The position numbers and the translations under genes were made by a program. From Myxococcota bacterium (lineage in GTDB: Bacteria; Myxococcota_A; Polyangia; Polyangiales; Sandaracinaceae), in contig JAYZQJ010000198.1 in NCBI GenBank assembly GCA_036149055.1, forward strand, positions 1 through 62,848: DNA of 62,848 nucleotides, written 5' to 3'. Of this stretch, positions 58,446-62,848 are shown in pieces. A model generated the notes under the pieces. The model worked only from the letters and a program-made list of their open reading frames with translations, was not told the origin of the DNA and searched no databases. Each line of letters begins with the position of its first letter. The first letter of the stretch is position 1.

Positions 58446-60032
58446 TCAGACCCCGAGCGCTCGGAAGCGCAGGGGCTCGGCGACGTTCTTCACCGCCGCC
58501 TCGCGCGCCTCGCCGAAGCGATCGGTCCCGACCGCGGCCGCGAACCGGTCCATGCAGAGGATCTCGCCACCGGTGGCCACGCCCTGGAGCCGCGCGGTCG
58601 CGTTCATGCCCGAGCTGAACGCGGTGTAGTTGTCGTTGGGCCCGAAGAGCCCCACCGACACCGGGCAGTAGTTGAGCCCGATCGCGACGTCGAGCGGCAC
58701 GCCGGCGAGCTCCGGGAGCTGGGACGAGAGCGCCCGGGTGTGCGCCCGGATGCGGCTCGCCGCCTCGAGAGCCCGGCGGCAGCACTCCGCCTCGTCCAGC
58801 TCGAAGAAGGGCGGCCCCCAGAGCCCGATGACGCAGTCGCCCACCATCTTGTCGAAGACGCCGCCCGTGTCCCAGACGATGTCGACCACGCCTTCGGCCC
58901 ACGCGTCGATCAGGCGCCCGATCGCCTCCGGGCCGTTCAGCGCCGACTCGCTCAGGCGGGTGAAGCCGGAGATGTCGCCGTAGAGGATCGCGATCTCCTT
59001 CTCGCGGGGCGTCAGGTAACGCTCGACGTAGCCCTCCTCCCGCAGCAGCCGCTCGCAGGCGCGGCTGGAGAAGATGCTGGAGAGCTGCTTCCACTCGCGG
59101 TTGAAGTCCACGATGCGCTGCCGCAGGTAGTCGGCGAAGCGATCGAGCAGCTCGCGGTCGTGGGTGTGGAACTCGCCTTGCGCGCTCGTGACGAGCATGC
59201 GGCCGACCACGCGGGCGGTGCGCACGCCGACGATCAGCACCTCCTCGCGGTAGCGGGTGATCCCGAAGCGCTCCCGGAGCGCGGCGTCCTCGCCGTCGAG
59301 GAACGCAGCGGCGCGCTCGCGCACGAAGGTGTCGACCTCGGGGTCGTCGGGCTGCGCGGAGTCGTGCCGGAGGGCGCCGTCCTCGTAGACCTTGTAGCGG
59401 AGCGCGCCCTGCTCGAGGTCGTCCTCGTGCCGGAAGAGCAGCATCAGCCGCGCGAAGCCGACCTCGCGCTGGAGGATCGCGATCGCGCGCTCGAGGCCGC
59501 GGTCGAGCACCGGCTCCTTGAGCGCGTCGCTGATCGCGCGGATCACCTCGTACTTGCGGCGGGCGACCGCGATCGCCGCGAGGTGGTTGTCGAGCTCCTC
59601 GGCGAACCGCCCGAGCAGCGCCTCGGCCTCGTCCGAGGGGACCAGGTCGAAGACCGCGAACGCGGTCCCGAAGTCCTCTCCGGCCACGTCGAGCGTGCGC
59701 GCGAGCACGAAGCCGTCCTCGCCGCGCTCGAAGCGGGTCTCGCCGACCTGCGCCCGCGCCAGCTCCTCCGGGGTGAGCCGCGCGTCGCCGGCGGTGAAGG
59801 TGCGCTCGGAGAGCGACTCGTCGAGGGTGTGGATCGCGGCGCCGCGGGCCCCCAGGTGATCGACGAGCCGCTGCAGCACGTCCGGCATCACGCGCTCGAG
59901 CGGCTGCCGCTTCTGCAGCGCCTCCTCGAGCCGATCGTCCACCGCCTCGCAGAGCGCCTCGGCGCGGGCGTGCCGCGCGACCTGCGCCTCCAGCTCGGCC
60001 ACCCTCGCGCGGAGCTCGTTCTCGTCGGTCAT
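58446..60032 (-). CDS. Class III adenylate/guanylate cyclase with GAF-like N-terminus
   Basis: ILYGDISGFT, DKMVGD (Lys suggests ATP), YTAF..MNATARL; alternative start GTG 60041. Confidence 0.9.
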   Translation of the reverse strand: MTDENELRARVAELEAQVARHARAEALCEAVDDRLEEALQKRQPLERVMPDVLQRLVDHLGARGAAIHTLDESLSERTFTAGDARLTPEELARAQVGETRFERGEDGFVLARTLDVAGEDFGTAFAVFDLVPSDEAEALLGRFAEELDNHLAAIAVARRKYEVIRAISDALKEPVLDRGLERAIAILQREVGFARLMLLFRHEDDLEQGALRYKVYEDGALRHDSAQPDDPEVDTFVRERAAAFLDGEDAALRERFGITRYREEVLIVGVRTARVVGRMLVTSAQGEFHTHDRELLDRFADYLRQRIVDFNREWKQLSSIFSSRACERLLREEGYVERYLTPREKEIAILYGDISGFTRLSESALNGPEAIGRLIDAWAEGVVDIVWDTGGVFDKMVGDCVIGLWGPPFFELDEAECCRRALEAASRIRAHTRALSSQLPELAGVPLDVAIGLNYCPVSVGLFGPNDNYTAFSSGMNATARLQGVATGGEILCMDRFAAAVGTDRFGEAREAAVKNVAEPLRFRALGV

Positions 60033-60151
60033 GACGCGCACGCATCGTAGCGGCTCCTCCGGGCCCGCGTCGATCGTCCCGGCTGTCTCGATCCGAGAAT
60101 CGCCGCGGCCGCCCCTGTAGGCCCGGTCGCCCTCGCCGTTCGACCCGGGCG

Positions 60152-60910
60152 GTGCTCCGCGGTCTCCTCGTCCTCTGTCTCCTCTCGCTCCCCGTCTCGG
60201 CGTCCGCCGACGACGACGGGCACGGGCGTCATCGCGTGGAGCTGAGCGTGGGCGGCGGGCTGAGCTGGATGAGCGACGCGCCCGAGCAGCTCGACCTCCA
60301 GGTCGGCGGCCAGCTCTCCGCCCGGGCGATGGTCGACCTGATCCACGTGCGCGGCGAGGCCTGGGCGACGATGCCCGACCCGTCGCGGCCCGACCGCTTC
60401 CAGCTGCGGGCCGACGCCCGCCTGCTCTTCGTCACCGTGCACGACTTCACCTGGCGCCGGACCGACGCGGGCGAGCTGTTCCGGTTGATGGGCGGGCTGG
60501 GCGGCGAGATCGACCTGCCCGACGACTACGGGCACCTGATGCTGAACCTCGGCTTCGCGATGACCCGCCTCGGCAGCTTCGAGGGGGTCGAGCGGCCGTT
60601 CAGCGAGGCCTACGGCGGCTACGCGGGCGTCACCGCGCGGCTGCACTTCTGGGAGATCCGGAACGAGCTCCGGGTGGCCGTGCACGGCATGATGCCGCCG
60701 CCCGAGCTCACCCTCGACCTCGCGTTCAGCCCCGAGCAGATCCTGGCTGGGCTGCAGTTCGGGGTCACCGCGTCGAACCGCCTCTACGTCCAGGCGCTGC
60801 GCGAGGGCGTCATCAGCCTCGGGCCCGAGCTCGTCGTGCAGTACGAGCACCTGGTCGAGGGGCCGGTCTTCCTGGCCACCCTCGGCGTCTCCGGCACCCT
60901 GGGGATCTGA
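60152..60910 (+). CDS. Hypothetical exported beta-barrel-like protein
   Basis: Signal peptide ..ASA-D; amphipathic strands. Confidence 0.7.
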   Translation: MLRGLLVLCLLSLPVSASADDDGHGRHRVELSVGGGLSWMSDAPEQLDLQVGGQLSARAMVDLIHVRGEAWATMPDPSRPDRFQLRADARLLFVTVHDFTWRRTDAGELFRLMGGLGGEIDLPDDYGHLMLNLGFAMTRLGSFEGVERPFSEAYGGYAGVTARLHFWEIRNELRVAVHGMMPPPELTLDLAFSPEQILAGLQFGVTASNRLYVQALREGVISLGPELVVQYEHLVEGPVFLATLGVSGTLGI

Positions 60911-60954
60911 CCGACGCTTGCGTTTGCCGGTGGGCATCCCATGGTTCCGCCGAC

Positions 60955-62199
60955 GTGGGACTTGGACTTCACCTCGAGGCGCCGCGCGACGTGGCCGACC
61001 CGCGGGCCTTTCTCGAAGGGCTCGCCGAGATCATTCGCGGCCGGGGCGACGACCCGGCCCCGGTGGTCGAGGTCTCGGCGGAGGCGCCGCTGCTGCTCGC
61101 CGATCTCCACCCCGGCGCGGAGCCGCTCCGGGTCGAGGTGCACCAGAAGAAGGTCGTGCTCGAGGCGTCGACCGGGACCGCGGGGCCGGGCTATCACCGC
61201 CACGTCTGCGACGTCGCCGAGAGTCTCGGCGTGGAGTGGGCCCCGGCCGACGACGACACCGACGAGACCGGCTGGTGGCCCAGGCGCGACGCGCACGACC
61301 TCGAGGACGCGTTCCTCGATCAGCTCGGCGGCACGGTCGCCCGGATCCTGGAGCTGGTCGACCGGGGCGCGCGCGGCATCGCGCTGGCGCTGCCGAGCAG
61401 CCACCACTTCCAGCACGACGGCGCGATCGCGACCCAGCTCGGGCCCCGCGACGAGGCCTGGCTCCGCGCGGTCCAGGCCGATCCGCGCGCCGGGATCGAC
61501 GTCTTCCCGTGGTGGGGCGCCGAGCGCGACGCGGCGTACTACCGCGGCCTCGCCCTCTCGCAGATGTGGACCGACGTGCGCTGGCGCGCGCCGATCCGCG
61601 AGGAGGAGAGCGCGCTCCTCGACCGCGTGGTGACCTGGGCGGAGAAGGCGCACGGCCTCGACCCCGAGGTCGCGTTGCCGTGGCGCGCCATCTCCGAGCT
61701 CTACGAGCACCTCGGCGAGGAGTCGCTGCGGGCCACCCGCGCGCACGTGAAGGCGCAGGCGGAGAAGCCCCGCGCGCCGATCGGGTACCGACGCCGACCG
61801 GTCCGCGCCCGCCTGAGCGGCGGATGGAGCCTCGAGATCCCCGGCGAGCTCGCCGAGCGCTGGGAGGAGCGAGGGACCTGGGTGGCCTGGGACGCGAAGC
61901 GGTCGGTCTGGTTCACCTCGCTTCAGGTGACCGACGATCAGGGGCGGCCGTCGCCCGACTCGCAGTCCACCCTCTCGAGCCTGCCGAGCCTGACCGGCGA
62001 CGAGGTGCTGGAGCTCGAGAGCGGTGAGCTGCGCGGGCTCGCGGCGTTCGCCGAAGACGAGCGCGACGGCGAGACGTTCCACCGCCTCGAGGCCCAAGCC
62101 GCGCTCCGCGAGCACGCCGCGGTGGGCACCCTGGTCTACACCGACCCCGCCGACCGCGAGTGGGCGCTGTCCACCTGGGGCTCCCTCCACCGCGGGTGA
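60955..62199 (+). CDS. Hypothetical protein
   Basis: Strong codon bias; motif STGTAGPGYHRHVCD. Confidence 0.75.
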   Translation: MGLGLHLEAPRDVADPRAFLEGLAEIIRGRGDDPAPVVEVSAEAPLLLADLHPGAEPLRVEVHQKKVVLEASTGTAGPGYHRHVCDVAESLGVEWAPADDDTDETGWWPRRDAHDLEDAFLDQLGGTVARILELVDRGARGIALALPSSHHFQHDGAIATQLGPRDEAWLRAVQADPRAGIDVFPWWGAERDAAYYRGLALSQMWTDVRWRAPIREEESALLDRVVTWAEKAHGLDPEVALPWRAISELYEHLGEESLRATRAHVKAQAEKPRAPIGYRRRPVRARLSGGWSLEIPGELAERWEERGTWVAWDAKRSVWFTSLQVTDDQGRPSPDSQSTLSSLPSLTGDEVLELESGELRGLAAFAEDERDGETFHRLEAQAALREHAAVGTLVYTDPADREWALSTWGSLHRG

Positions 62200-62210
62200 A
62201 GGTCAGGGAG

Positions 62211-62676
62211 AATTTCTCGCAGAGGCGCAGACCCGGGCGTGGCCGCGGGACGGCGCCTCGCCGGCGCGTGCCGGGACGACCGCCGCTCGTCGGCTGTTCC
62301 TCGGCGTCATTTGTGCTCTCGCGAAGGCGCGAAGCCGCCAAGATGGACGTGGGGCGGCGGGGTGGTGGCTGGCCGCCGGGTCTGGTTTGCTGGTGGGTCG
62401 GGCGGGCTCGGGGGACGAGTATTTTCTCGCAGAGACGCAGAGACGCAGAGGCGGGGTGTGGCCTCGGGACGGCGCCTCGCCGGCGCGTGCCGGGACGACC
62501 GCCGCTCGTCGGCTGTTCCTCGGCGTCATTTGTGCTCTCGCAAAGGCGCGAAGCCGCCAAGATGGAGGTGGGGCGGCGGGGTGGTGGCTGGCCGCCGGGT
62601 TCTGGTTGGCTGGTGGGTCGGGCGGGCTCGGGGGACGAGTATTTTCTCGCAGAGACGCAGAGACGCAGAGACGCAG
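62211..62676. repeat. Two near-identical ~210-220 bp tandem units plus a partial third, headed by TTTCTCGCAGAG(ACGCAGAG)n
   Basis: Heads at 62211, 62421 and 62641; bodies differ at only a few positions. Confidence 0.9.
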
Positions 62677-62848
62677 GTGCGACCAGGCACTGCTGGTCCG
62701 AGGGGAAGGAGTGATGCGGTAGCTGTTGCCGCGCAGGGTATTCGAGGGAGCTTCGCGCGGGCTACGTGATGGGCATCGCAGCGGCGGCGATGCTGGGCCA
62801 GGGGTGATGGCCATGATGCTCGACGCGGGACGGACGGAGACGAGGGCC

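Noticed and set aside
62024..62814. ORFs with duplicated peptides at the window end
   Set aside because: Products of the ~220-bp tandem repeat; no codon bias

Overview
Very GC-rich bacterial DNA. Gene content points to a myxobacterium of the Polyangiales/Sandaracinus type (inference): a MYXO-CTERM adhesin, DAG-linker lipoproteins, Hanks kinases with TPR/Cys-rich partners and an ECF sigma/FecR module. I read about 40 plausible CDS; most long ORFs in the supplied track are antisense or off-frame shadows. No tRNA, rRNA or CRISPR-cas was seen. Main points: (1) a HUH/Y1 REP-associated tyrosine transposase (48174-48875) inside 18 copies of a non-palindromic 17-18 bp repeat, arranged as mirror-image arms (including a ~155 bp long inverted repeat) plus REPIN-like hairpin doublets; (2) an orphan, apparently split VgrG whose spike seems to be a separate 1295-aa decorated protein, translationally coupled to a Rickettsia-PKMT-like methyltransferase; (3) a small Cys-rich exported protein with a GWPTTK motif coupled to a ferritin-like diiron protein; (4) a traAB-like adhesin/OmpA pair with a NIDO-like head; (5) a RelA with a dead HD motif and EFDD signature; (6) nine TAnnnT-N5-7-start motifs suggesting leaderless mRNAs; (7) several non-coding repeat families. 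All product calls come from motif reading only; no database search was run.
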